A stretch of DNA of 64,000 bases, taken from assembly GCA_038087875.1 (NCBI GenBank), contig CM075988.1, positions 9,488,001 through 9,552,000 of the forward strand, read 5' to 3'. The notes beneath the pieces were generated by a model, which worked only from the letters and a program-made list of their open reading frames with translations, had not been told where the DNA came from and did not search any database. Origin of the DNA: Malacoraja senta. Lineage: Eukaryota. A program made the translations under genes and the position numbers. This document shows positions 25,701-37,964 of the stretch, piece after piece (within the stretch, counting starts at the first letter, position 1; each line of letters begins with the position of its first letter).

Positions 25701-26335
25701 ACACAGTTGCAAAAGGCACAGTTGCAAAAGACACAGTTGCAAAAGGCACAGTTGCAAAAGGCACAGTTGCAAAAGGCACAGTTGCAAAAGGCACAGTTGC
25801 AAAAGGCACACAGTTGCAATAGTCACACAGTTGCAATAGTCACACAGTTGCAATAGTCACACAGTTGCAATAGTCACACAGTTGCAATAGTCACACAGTT
25901 GCTATAGCCACGCATTTCAATAGCCACGCATTTCAATAGCCACACATTTCAATAGCCACACATTTCAATAGCCACACATTTCAATAGGCACACATTTCAA
26001 TAGGCACACATTTCACTAGGCACACATTTCAATAGGCACACATTTCAATAGGCACACATTTCAATAGGCACACATTTCAATAGGCACACATTTCAATAGG
26101 CACAGTTGCAAAAGGCACAGTTGCAAAAGGCACAGTTGCAAAAGGCACAGTTGCAAAAGGCACAGCCGCAAAAGGCACAGCCGCAAAAGGCACAGCCGCA
26201 AAAGGCACAGCCGCAAAAGGCACAGCCGCAAAAGGCACAGCCGCAAAAGGCACAGCCGCAAAAGGCACAGTCGCAAAAGGCACACATTTCAACAGCCACA
26301 CATTTTAACAGCCACAGTTGCAAAAGGCACAGTTT
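25701..26335 (+). repeat. 15-17-bp minisatellite array of variant blocks
   Basis: Blocks of gcaaaaggcacagtt, gcaatagtcacacagtt, tcaataggcacacatt and gcaaaaggcacagcc. Confidence 0.93.
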
Positions 26336-27329
26336 AAAACCCATAAAGGGCACTCACAGGTCAGTAGACACTAAGTGTTCTGTAGATTTCCAGCTCAGAC
26401 TGAGAGTGGTCATCTCTCGCTCGTCATCTTGCAGCAACAGAGCCACATCCAGACTTCTGGTTTTTTTGCTCCTCCCCATACACCCTGGAAGGGGCATGGC
26501 CTTCATGGCGGTGATTGACAGGAGAGAGAATCTCAACATTTTTTAAACACTAATAATTCTTTTATTTGTCATCGATGGGAAAAATCCTCTGCACCTGATG
26601 AGTGGAGGGGGACTCTGAGTAATATGGCCAAAAATCACAGCCGTAAGTGGTAGCGTTTTTTCTAAAATCAATATACAGCACAAACAGGGTGGCCATGTTT
26701 AGACTTTTAATTATATAGATATATATATTGCATATATTGTATACTGCAAATATATATTTATATACAGTGTTTTATATATATATATATATATAGCATATAT
26801 ACTGCAATTCAATTGGGAAATAGTTGCAAATGGAACTTATTCTGGTTTAAATAAATGTCCAGTCAGATGGTTTTGAAAGGAAACAGAGATATGTTACCAG
26901 GTGTAGGGAATGCAAAGTTCCTGTTCACATCCGTCTGGTCTCTCGCGGTTACAAGCAAATATTATAATCACTGAAACTAACGCACCCTGAAAGCTATTTC
27001 CCACAGACTGTGGACATGTATGAAGGATTGAATATAGGTCTTTAAGACTTAAAAGGAAGCATCAAACATGTGAATGTGCAGGGGGTATCAGATTCTAAAT
27101 AGTGTGTAACACTAACTTGATTGAATACTGCTGAATGAAACAAGAACCACCAAATTTGGAAAGCAGAGGAAAATGAGGTTGGAGGAATTGGAAATGATGC
27201 CTAGCCAGCATGTTTGTAAAGATCTTGTCAAGAAGGCACATGATTGGAAGACAGTAGCAAAGAGCTGAATCCTCAGCATTTTCAGAAATTATAATAAAGA
27301 AAATGGATATACTATTGGAGTTAGTTGGG

Positions 27330-27620
27330 TCACGTCATTGGGTATTTTTAAAATGCAGATTGATAGGTTCTTGATTAGTAATAGTGCCAAAGGTCACGGG
27401 GAAAAGGCAGGAGAATGGGGTTGAGCTGGAAAAATAGATCAGCCATGATCGAATGGCGAATCAGATTCCGAAAGTTTCCGACCGGAATCGTCACCTATTC
27501 TTTCTATCCAGAGACATTTCATGACCCGCTGAATTACTGCAGCATTTTGCATCTACCTTCGTCAGATCAGACTCTATTGGCCAAAAGGCCTAATTCTGCT
27601 CCTATGTTTTATGGTATTAG
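27330..27620 (+). mobile_element. CR1 3' tail interrupted by a Penelope-like element (~27465-27560)
   Basis: gatcagccatgatcgaatggcg ... ggcctaattctgctcctatg, split by cgtcacctattc...gacccgctgaattac. Confidence 0.65.
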
Positions 27621-28751
27621 ATAAGATAAGAAGAACACAATGCCACAATATGATGAGATATATCTAACAAACCAAAGAGAACTGGAGCAAGAGCAACAGG
27701 GGCCCAGAACATGATGCTGCAGGGTCTTATTCAGAATGGATGTGTATATGTCCAAAATCTGCAGGGAATCGAGTTTAATACCTATATTCACAACTGAAAC
27801 AAAGCTAATCTAAATAATGATAGGTCAATACATTAAACATATTTTGGGAATGTTTAATTAAAAATGATATAACCAAATATTGAGAAAAAGAGAAAATAAT
27901 TAGAAGGAGTCAACGTGGATTTCAGTGATGAATGCCATGCCTAACATATCTAATGCACCTTGTAGAGAAGCTGGCGGTGACAGTAACAAGAACCGTCAGC
28001 TGTGGGGACCACCTTAGGAGACAATGGATAAACATTGCAGTAAAATCAATTCAGTGAAGAAGAAGACAAGAAAGTGAATTTTAAGAGCATCTTCTCAGAG
28101 TGACTGGAAATTGTGGTTACTCCAAACATCAAAAACACACAGCAGTTAATATATAACAGCAGAAGAAAGTTAACTCTTTATGCTGCCTGACCCATTGAGT
28201 TACCCCAGCACTCTGTGTCTTTTTTTGAAAATCGGCAACTGCAGTTGCTTGTTTAATATAGTTTAGAGATACAGCATGGAGACAGGCCTTTCAGCCCACT
28301 GTGTCTGTGCTGACCAGCAATCACCAGTTCTATATTGGACCAGTTTTGCAACCTACACGCGGTAATTTACAAGGCAGCAACTCTACCGCTGTGCTACTGT
28401 GCTGCTGCCCTTGTGTCTACATTACTCTTTATCATCTGAAAAAGGGTCTCGACCTGAAACATCACCTATCCCTGTTTTCCAGTGATGCTGCCTGACCTCC
28501 TGAGTTACTCCAGCACTTTGTGTCCTTTTGAGTAGGTCTTAATTGACCAGCACACCCACAATGGAGTGAATGGCTTCTCATCTATGTTGTAACCTTTCCA
28601 TGATTCTATAATTTCTATGATCTGTATATTTAAAATAAAAACTGAAAACGCTGGGAAAACTCAGTGGATCATGCCACATTTATAGGAAGAGAAGTAATGC
28701 TAATGTTTTGGGTCAAAGACTCTTCATCAGAAATATTTGGATAATTACTTT

Positions 28752-28820
28752 TGTTTAGTTTAGACAGACAGGCCCTTCAGCCCACCAAGTCCATGCTGAA
28801 CAACGATTACCCGTACACTA
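28752..28820 (-). mobile_element. HE1-like SINE 3' part, split by DIRS copy 2
   Basis: gtttagtttag...cgattacccgtacacta; SINE sequence resumes at 33515. Confidence 0.8.
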
Positions 28821-30324
28821 ATTTTACTTCGGAGTCACGTGAGTGACTACGTGAAGAAGACCCGTCAGGGCGCATGCACATCATTACGTCAGTCGCATTG
28901 GCGCAGACAGGCTGGGTGGAACAAAGTTCTCCAGCGGTAAGTTTTAAAAAATCCTGCAGGTAAGTTTAAACTTACTTTTTCAGGTTGTCCATTGCAGGAA
29001 TCATTTTCCTAGGTTCCTGCTGGACATGGAAAAATTCAGTGAAATCCAGTGGACCGCGGAGAAATTGTGGACCGCGGGGATGTCGGCTTCGGACCGTGGG
29101 AATGCGGTAGCAGGCTGCCGGTGGGTTTTGCTGGTGGAGTCGCGGACAGAACGGTCTGCGACTCCCGAGGTTTTATTTGGGCCGCGGGTTATTTATAGAC
29201 CGCGGGTAGAAGCAAGCTGCGGTCACCATAGAGGTGGCTGTTAGGCTTGCTGTTTTAAATAGGGGCTGCGAGGTTCTCTTGACCGCGGGGATACCGGCTA
29301 CGGTCCGCGGTAAATTGAGGAGCCGGTGGCCGTCGGACTTCTTGAGAGAGTCGCTGACAGTAAGGTCAGCGACTCCCGAGGGGGGGGGGGGTGCAGACTG
29401 AGCATGGTCATCGGGTTACTACCCGGCTCATTGAGGAAGGACCCAACTTTGGCAGCCCATATATGTTTGAAATATGTGGAGCCTGGCCAGGAGGGTCCCC
29501 TCTGTTATATGTGTATGTCCTCAGTGGAGAGGAGTAAGGCTCAAGGCTGCTTATCACTTCCTCAGTGGAGAGGAGTACAAAGGGTCAGTGTGTGGCTGAC
29601 TCCAACCCCAACTCAGGAAGAGAGGTTAGTGGTTTATCACCCTTATGTGTCGAGGTGGAAAAGTAGCAATTTCAGCGAATTCTGAGGAGGTTTCAAGTTG
29701 CCCTCCAAATTAAAGACGAACGCAATTTTGAAAAAAGGGTAGACATTATAGTTACCACTTGGTCACATTGTGACTATTATACTGAGATAGATGATTATCA
29801 TTTATTCAATTAAGGAGATGGGTAGCCGTGTAGAGCTGTATTATCAGTCACCTGTGGGAGTTACAACAGGTGGCGTCATAGTAATTGCTGCTCATTAAAA
29901 GGGACTGAGCACGGTTTCTTTCCCAAGACGCCGGTTTACTCATAGTAAAAGTAAATAAAGCCCAGGTTTAACTGGGATGGGCGTCTTCATTCACATAAAT
30001 GTCTTTGGCTATGACAAATAATTGTTAAGTTTGTTCCAGCATTTCCGACTATGTCTGTTGTACGGGGGCCAGAGGCGCTCCAATTATTCCCTATAGACGG
30101 AGTTGGCATCGGGAAGGAGCACGATTTGGAGACGCTAGCACGTGCAGCCTGTTTGGGGAAGGAGGATACCAACAGAGTATCGAATTGCATGGCTAGTCCT
30201 GGCGGCTGCTGCAGGCAGCGACCTGATAACCCCAACTCAGAGTGAGTGCCAAGCCAGGGGTATCAATGTCAGACAACATTGCGTCTTGTTGCAATTCAAG
30301 AATGCTCCATCGTAACGCATGTCA

Positions 30325-30720
30325 GGCAGCAACACCTAGTAAAGGGTTGCAAAAGTCCCCCCACTCAAGGGTCAGAGTGGTCGAGAGAGTGCTACAGGAA
30401 GATGCACATGTGCCTGAAGCAACACCTGTTTGTAGGGTTTCCATTCTTCCCACTTGGTGCACCACAGTGGTCGAGATAGTGCTCAAATACATGCACACAT
30501 GCCTAAGGTGACGCCTAGTAAAGGGTTGCCAAGATTTCTCCCACTCAAATGGCGGAGTGGTCGAGAGAGTGCTACACGAGTATGCACATGGGCCTGAAGC
30601 AAAACCTGTTTGCAGGGCTGCCATTACTCCCACTCGGTTTCTCCGTAGTGGTCGAGATGGTGCTAAAATACATGCACACAGGCCTGGGCCAGCTCCTGTT
30701 GCAGGTTGCATAAGTCCTCC
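30325..30720 (+). repeat. ~90-bp tandem repeat (~4 copies, alternating variants) inside DIRS copy 2
   Basis: gtggtcgaga recurs every ~90 bp; peptides VVERVLQEDAHVPEA / VVERVLHEYAHGPEA. Confidence 0.8.
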
Positions 30721-31015
30721 CACGTGGATGTATAGTGGATGAAGATGGAGCCACACACATATGTGATAAGATTGTGGGGAATGGAGTTGAACAACATGCT
30801 TGGTACAGAGGCATGTACAAGCAAATGGAGGAGATGGATGGTGATACCTGCTTCAGCTTCGATTAGTCCCACTCTAAAAGAGTGTCTAAGGTTAGTATGG
30901 ATTAACTCCAAACAGGAATCCAAACATGGCTATATGCCGGGATCCCATGTTGTATGCATGAGGGTAAGCAGTGGGCGTTTGCCTCTAAAATTGCTGCTCA
31001 GTTGCTGATTGCTGA

Positions 31016-32990
31016 TCCATCCAGAGAAATCCATATTAACACCTGACTATTTGGGTCACAATTGATTCAATTAAGTGCTCTGCCCAGGAAAAAAAGGGTA
31101 GAGCTAATTGACAGCTGTATCAAGCTAATTGAGGCATTAAGGATACATTTGGGTCATTATAATAGACCTATGCAGTTATCAGTAAAGACTATGCTAATTT
31201 GCAATGGTTTCACCATGTGTCCAGGAGTTATAGCAATGTAATGCTTGACCAGCCTTCCATGATTTTGCAGATGAATGTCAGTGCACTCGGGTGGGGTGTC
31301 ACGAATATGAGTTTCAAATGTGGAGGCAGATGGACTGAGCAAGAGGCATCGCTTCTGCAGACATGGGCAATTAACTATTAAGAGGTTTTAAGGACAAGGC
31401 TTATTGCTCTAACAAATGTATCTGCATGTTCAGTTTCAGATTGACAATACAACACAAGTGACATATATATTAATCAGATCGGTAGAATCAAGTCGGTATT
31501 TTGTGACAGATTGGCTAATCAAATTTGGGCCTGGTGCATTGGAAAAGATATTTCAGCCATTTATCTACCAGGTAGATTCTACATAGTAGCAGACGCTAAG
31601 TCACGAACTTTCCATGACAACATAGATTGAATGTTCAACAAGGAGGTGTTCAATAATATAGTACTTGTATATGAATGCCAGATATTGTTTTGCATCAAGG
31701 TCAACCATCAGATGCCTAAATAGGTTTCATGAGAACCAGACCAGGTGGCAGTTGCAATTAATACTTTGACGTTGAGGTGGTATATAATTTTTTTTTTTTC
31801 CCTACCATTTTGCCTAATATGTCGGAGTCTGCAAGAAATCAAGCAGGATGCCACTTTGGGGGTGCTTGTAATACATAATTGGCCGAATCAAGCATGGTTC
31901 CCTTTGATGTTACAGTTAGGGATCCAACCTCTTTTTGGTGGTTCCCAAGCGTAGGAATTGACTGGAGCATCCGCTAACACGGGAAAGTCATCTGTTATGT
32001 GATTGTATTGACTTGTTAATTTGCAGGTTTTAAGAAGGCCATACCTGGAGCAAGGACTGTCTGGGTTTACGGTGGACATGCTCACTGTAGCCTGGAGAAA
32101 GAGTACTCAAAAGGGGTATATTACTTATGTAAAAAATGGGACCAATATTGTGTACAAAATAATATTGACTATAATACTACAGGTATTGTGGATATTTTAG
32201 TGTTCCTGTTGACCCTCTATGATGCTGAGGGGCTCAGTTATAGCACCATTAATACATTTTTAAGTGCTTTGTCATCCTGTGGGTTGGATGGGGTCAGGAA
32301 AGAACCTATTGAGTTTCATCATATCATAACTGGATTGATGAAAGGAATTTCAACTCTAAACCTCCTAAACCCAGGTATATGGCGATCTGGGATGTAAGTG
32401 AGGTCCGCAAGATGTTTCGACAGTAGGTTCCTGGCATATCTCTGAATTTGCCAAACTAATCATGAAAGGGGTTATGCTCTTGGCATTGGTTCAGCATAGC
32501 AACTGCAGATTTTGGGGAAAAACTTCTGCTAGACAGGATGGAAGTTGCTGAAGAGAATGTTATGTTATATAATTGCGTACTGCTTAAGCAGAGTAGGCCA
32601 GGTGTCACAGGTTTGTTAAAATTGTGTTTCAGCATAACCTACTGATCCATGTTTATGTGTAATGGCACATTTATTTTCATTATATTAAAGCTATAAAGAT
32701 CTTAAGGAATGTGGAAACAGCATTGTTTATCAGTTACATGAAGCCACACAGGAGAGTGTCAGTGCAGACTATCTCAAGTTGGTTTAAAGCAAATGTTGAT
32801 TAAGGCAGGTATTAACACTGAAGTGTATATATCCGTTTTCCACTAGTGCAGCAGCAATGTCGTCGGCTAGGACGATGGATGTTCACAGCGGCCATATTTT
32901 ATAGGTGCCGGGTGGTCAAATGAATTATTAAAAAAATGTTTTTACCATCGGCCGATTGCCGATTGGAGAGAGGCTGTTTGCAAATTCAGT
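31016..32990 (+). pseudogene. DIRS RNase H / MT / tyrosine recombinase remnants, copy 2
   Basis: MNVSALGWG, QIDNTT, NWPNQAWFPLMLQL, EGLSYSTINT, LKQSRPG, GAGWSNE. Confidence 0.85.
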
Positions 32991-33514
32991 ATTAAGTCCT
33001 GTTTAGTTCCTCTGGGATAGACGGGTTACTGTTTGTTTTGATTATTCAAATCAATTGTTATTGCATGATATTACCATTTCATGTTTAACGCATTATTGAT
33101 TGTTTCTCATCGAAAGTCAATCAATGCAGTGAGGCCGGGATTTGGATCTGCGGCATAAAATCACAGAGCTTTGAAATCTTCACGTAGTCACTCACGTGAC
33201 TCCGAAGTAAAATAGTAAGATTAAACGAGAACTTACCAGTTTGAAGTTTGATCTTTATTTATGAGGAGTTACGTTGGTGATTACTTGCCCACCACGCCCA
33301 ACCCTCTCTCATAAAAAAGGTCATATGGTAGTTCTCATGTTGCTCATCTTATTATGTTACTTCAATTATTGTGTTGTCTGTGATTTCATACCGCTGCTTT
33401 GAAGATTGACGCGCATGCGCCCTGACGGGTCTTCTTCACGTAATCACCAACGTAACTCCTCATAAAATAAAGATCAAACTTCAAACTGGTAAGTTCTCGT
33501 TTAATCTTACTATT

Positions 33515-33712
33515 CTAACCTATAACAAAAGGTACAATTTACGGAAGCCAATTAACCCACAAACCTACACGTCTTTGGAGTGTGGAGGGAAACTGGAGCA
33601 CCCAGAGAAAACCCACGCAGTCACAGGGAGAACGTGCAAACTCTGTACAGGCAGCACCCATAGTCAGGATTGAACCCGGATTTCTGTGCTGTAAGCTAGC
33701 TGTGCCACTGAG
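33515..33712 (-). mobile_element. HE1-like SINE 5' part, continuation of 28752-28820
   Basis: Reverse-complement V-domain and head. Confidence 0.82.
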
Positions 33713-33777
33713 CCATCTCAAATTAGTTTGATCTTAACATGGAAAAGAAGTTCAGGTTCACAAAGATCCACTTAGGA

Positions 33778-33960
33778 AAAGACAGAGTGCTGGAGCAACA
33801 TGGTGGGGTAAGGCAGCATCTCTGGTGTATATGGATAGGCAATGCTTCAGGTTGGAACCCGTCGAAACATCGCCTATCTTTATCCCCCAGAGATGCTGCC
33901 TGTTACACTATGTTATTCCAGCACTCTGTGTTTTACTCAAAACTCCTGCATCTGCAGTGT
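33778..33960. mobile_element. Degenerate palindromic Penelope-like element
   Basis: Inverted arms gcagcatctctgg / ccagagatgctgc. Confidence 0.65.
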
Positions 33961-35907
33961 CCATGATCCATTTGATGACCATTTTAAACAGCAGTGCAGT
34001 TGCTGACAATGCTGGGAGCTGCAGATGTAAATCTGTGACATTTATGGATTTTGCAGGTTTTGTGCAGTCCCCTGATACCCACAGCGAGTTGAGCATTTAA
34101 AATGGCTGCATATACACACGCAACCAAATGTCCTTGAAATGTCAGTCATGGTTTCACTTCATTCAACTCGGAGGTAGGGACTGACATCTGGGGAACTTGA
34201 TGCAATTAGCAGAGATGCTGTACCTAGGGGTTTACAGTGGCACTTTAGTAGAGAGCACAAAATAAACGAAATGGCACAGCAAATACTGCTCGATACGAAA
34301 GATTGAAATGCAGTGAGGAAGGGAGAGAGGGGGATTTCAAGATGACAAAACAAAATTAACACTGGGTGCCCACCTGTCCACTTTCGTTAACACAAACAGT
34401 ATTTTAATACAAGGTTATTAAGGGGGGTGAATCGCTTAAATAAACAACACAGCAAATTTCATTTTGATTGTCCAAACAAAAAGATAAGTGACGTATGACC
34501 CGCTTTGCAATTTAACTCAGTGGAATGGTTACTGACATAGAGCTGCTACCTTCCTTTGTTCTTAGATTTTCTGGCACCATTGGAAAATTGTAGTGACATT
34601 TGGAACATTTCACAGTAAAAGAAGAAAAATTGCAGTAATGGCAGGGAGTTTATTTTGATTCAAGTGTCATGACCTGACGGTTCTGTAATATCAGGTGAAC
34701 TCCCCCGTTTGAATGAAGGATTAGCATATTTCTTTTGATCTCCAAGTGTTTATTCTCTCGTTGCCAGGGACAGTGCTACAATTATTGCAGAAACACCATC
34801 GCACGCAGAGTGGAATGTTTCTCCTGATCCGATTTTATCCACCACACAGCGTATTACAAGGTGCTCTACAGAGTCTGCAATACACAGTATGAAGAATAAT
34901 GGGGAAATCAAAATGACAAAGGTTGAAATGCGATTTTAGAGCTGAGGTGGGAGGTAGACGGTGGTGAAGATTTGTTGCTTTTCTCATCCAGGGCATTCAT
35001 TTGGAATCTTTAATGGGCTTATAGACAAGCTGATACTTCAAGGCATCATTTATTCTGTGTGTAATTCACTAACAGCTATCCATTATCCTCAGTAATGGTC
35101 TGAGTGTACCTTCCTTCAATTCATAACCAGCCACACTCCAAACTCCCATTATTTGTTTTAGTGATGCTTTTTCACTGAGTTCAAGAGCAAATGGAAATGA
35201 AATAAAACCTCAGACTTTTTTTTATCGTCCTCCCATCTCCCACTTAGGAATCTCAGCCATCCTAGTTTAGAATTATTAAGCCTGGTGATTGTTTTTCATT
35301 AAGATTAATGAACCACTGCCTTCGTAAATAGTTTGGATTTGCAATTTTCAACAGCCTTCTCTCCAGCTAGGTTGCTGTTTCTCTGGTTTCACGTTGCTAC
35401 CATCCAAATAACCTGGTCATTATAAGGAACAAAAAGGCTACTTTCTCTTCTTTGGACTTGCTGAATGTTACTGTGTACTTAATTTCAAAGCAGATCCTCT
35501 TGTTAAACCCCGTTACCCCAGATAACCAGAATCCACAATCACTTCGGTTGGAACAGGTTACGTTTCAATATGATTTGAGCAGGCAAGATCAATCCAAATG
35601 CAAATGAGCTGAAATAAATTAAATGTTCATCGTCTTGTCCATCTCGGGAATGGAATTTTGGATTGATGAGAAAAATAAAAATAATTGCCTGACATTATGT
35701 TTGTACCACAAGATGTCACCACATTACTGAGCACCAATGGATTACACATCTTCTCTGAACGGCGTATGTATGTACGAAACGAAATTGAAGAAGCAGGCCA
35801 ATATTACGCAATGCTAATATGAAAAGAAAATAAATTGCACAAGGTGTAGGTGTCAGGTAATATCAAATGTGAGTTTCAAAAGCACATGTATTAGAAAACC
35901 AAAGGAG

Positions 35908-36160
35908 TTGAGTTTAGTTTGAGTTTAGTTTATTGTCACGTGTATTGAGGTACAGCAAAAAGTTTTTGTTGCATGCTGACCAGTCAGCAGAAAGACAGTA
36001 CATGATTACAATCCAGTCACCCACAGAGTATAGATACGTGATAAAGGGAATAACGTGAATAATGTTTAGTGCAAGATAAAGCCAGTAAAGTCCAATCAAA
36101 GATAGTCTGAGGGTATCCAATGTGGTAGATAGTAGATCAGGACTGCTCCCTAGTTGTGGG
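35908..36160 (-). mobile_element. Rex1/Babar-like 3' tail fragment
   Basis: Reverse complement of gattgtaatcatgta...gctgactgg...gtgacaataaactaaac; same tail at 20980-21064 + 22726-22740 and 50085-50175. Confidence 0.6.
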
Positions 36161-36229
36161 AGGGAAGGATTATACATCTTGGTGATAAGAAAGTGTTGCA
36201 ATGAACTTCAATGCCAGTATGGAGAATAT

Positions 36230-36900
36230 GCAGGAAGGAGGAAGCATATGCAATGTTCCATGTTGCAAGATATATGTGGTTGGTCCAGGTGAGTTTATGG
36301 AGTTAATTAATTAATGGTGTCTCACAAGATGTTAATGCTATGGCATTCAGTGATGGCAATGCTGTTGAATATGTAGGTTAGTTGGCAAGGCTTACTCTTG
36401 ATGGAAACGTCCAATGCCTCAACTGTTACTTGTTATTATCAACCATGCCTGAAAGTTGTCTCGTCTTACTGCAGCTGGCACAGGTTCATTTCCTGAAGAA
36501 CTCCTAATGGAATTGGACATGGTCCAATCGTCAGTGAACATTGCCTCTTCTGACCTTATGCCAGAAGGAAGGTTATTGATGAAGTAGTTGAAGATGCTTG
36601 GTCTGGGGAAACTGTCCTGATGTACTGTGATGCAGTGAAGTTGGGATAATTGAACTCTAATAATCACAACCACATTCCTTTTCGGACATCATGACTCCAT
36701 CCATAGGTCTGGTTTCCCTTAGATGCACATGGATTTCCTTTTTACTGGAATGTCTTGATGTTCAAATGAAGCCTTGGTTTAAGAGCAATCATTCGCACCT
36801 CACATTTAATTTAAGCTCACTGGTCCATGCATCATCCGCTGAATTTATGGATTGGACTTTGCCGAGAGAATACTGAATAATTGCTTGAGTGGTATGTCCA
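36230..36900 (-). mobile_element. Old non-LTR RT remnant (CR1/L2 group)
   Basis: PSIFNYFINNLPSGIRSEEAMFTDD resembles the RT FINDLP...FADD motif. Confidence 0.55.
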
Positions 36901-37964
36901 AAGTAGACGTATTAAAAACTCAAAGCGAAGTCATGCTTTTCTGGCTCCAGAGTGAAGTAAATTACATATTCAATTGAACACAAATTGAAGTCACTCAAAT
37001 GGATAATGGTAGCAACTGAAATTGAACTTCCATTGACCAAATAATTAATATGATCAGCAACAGAAGTCCTCCAACAAAATAAGACAAGTCAAAAGTTGGA
37101 ACTTTGGAGGGAGTGATTCATCTCCTGTCTTTTCAATGCCATTTAAAGCACCCTCAAAGTACAAGCCAGGAGTATGATACTCTAACTTTGACTGGAGGAG
37201 GGGAACTCAATCAACACTCCTGAAGCTCAACGGCATCACTACCCTATCCATACATGCCTTTCAGGGACCAAAGGTAATGAACTGCAAGATCTCACTAAAT
37301 ATCAATGTCCACATTGTAAATATCCACAAATTCTATTGAGCAAATTAGGCTGGTTCCTTTGTTGGTGATCATGTGGTCCAACCGTCAAGGCCCTTTCTCA
37401 CCTGTGCCTTTAAGGTCCCGGCGTGGTGGGACCACCATGAGGGAGGAGGGGGGAGAACAATGGACAATGGGGGGGGGGGGGGACATAGGACAATGGGGGG
37501 ATCTGTTGGGGGGGGGACAAAAGGGGCAGCCGGCAGGCTTTGTAACTTTGTCAGCTCCGTAGGTGACTGCTATTTGTATACATTGTGTATTATTATTGTG
37601 TATGCAAGCAAAGAATCTCACTGTGCCTAGTCACCTGTGACAATAAAGTATTCATATTCCTATTCCTATATCTCTTTCCATAGAATCATGCTCTATAACC
37701 AAGAAGGCACCTGTTATGATGGTCCATTAGTGCTAAATACTGGTTGTTAACGCAACCTTTGAAGGTTTGCTGCATTGAATGCACGTTGATGGTGTAGACT
37801 TAGTTGACGTTGAAAATTTTAAATGAAGAGGGATGTGTCAGAGTTCAAGTTTGTATTTCTTTGTGACTCAGACCTCTAGTAGATAACACTGACCAAATTA
37901 AAACAGTCCAATTTTGTAATTGAGGGTATGATGCAGACTGCTCTTTGGGATTCTGCCCAAAATG

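Larger units (their letters stand above)
23165..26719 (-). mobile_element. Non-autonomous Helitron
   Basis: Minus strand starts A|TCTATATAATTAAAAG at 26719 and ends CTAG|T at 23165; 8-bp GC-rich hairpin tgggaccc-gtt-gggtccca (23175-23193) 10 nt from the 3' end; no TSD; AT-rich flanks join seamlessly; no Rep/helicase ORF. Confidence 0.82.
28821..33514 (+). mobile_element. DIRS1-like retrotransposon, copy 2 (RT catalytic core absent, different 5' half)
   Basis: ATT termini; ICR ~33178-33287; inverted repeat gaagaagacccgtcagggcgcatgc / gcatgcgccctgacgggtcttcttc; ~31016-33514 aligns closely with ~8458-10965. Confidence 0.95.

Noticed and set aside
24408..26546. Long His/Thr-, Cys/Val- and QKAQP-rich ORFs
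   Set aside because: Translations of micro- and minisatellites that lack stop codons
8458..33514. Segmental duplication or misassembly of a 2.5 kb block
   Set aside because: Similarity stops exactly at the DIRS terminus, flanks differ and the copies have many substitutions
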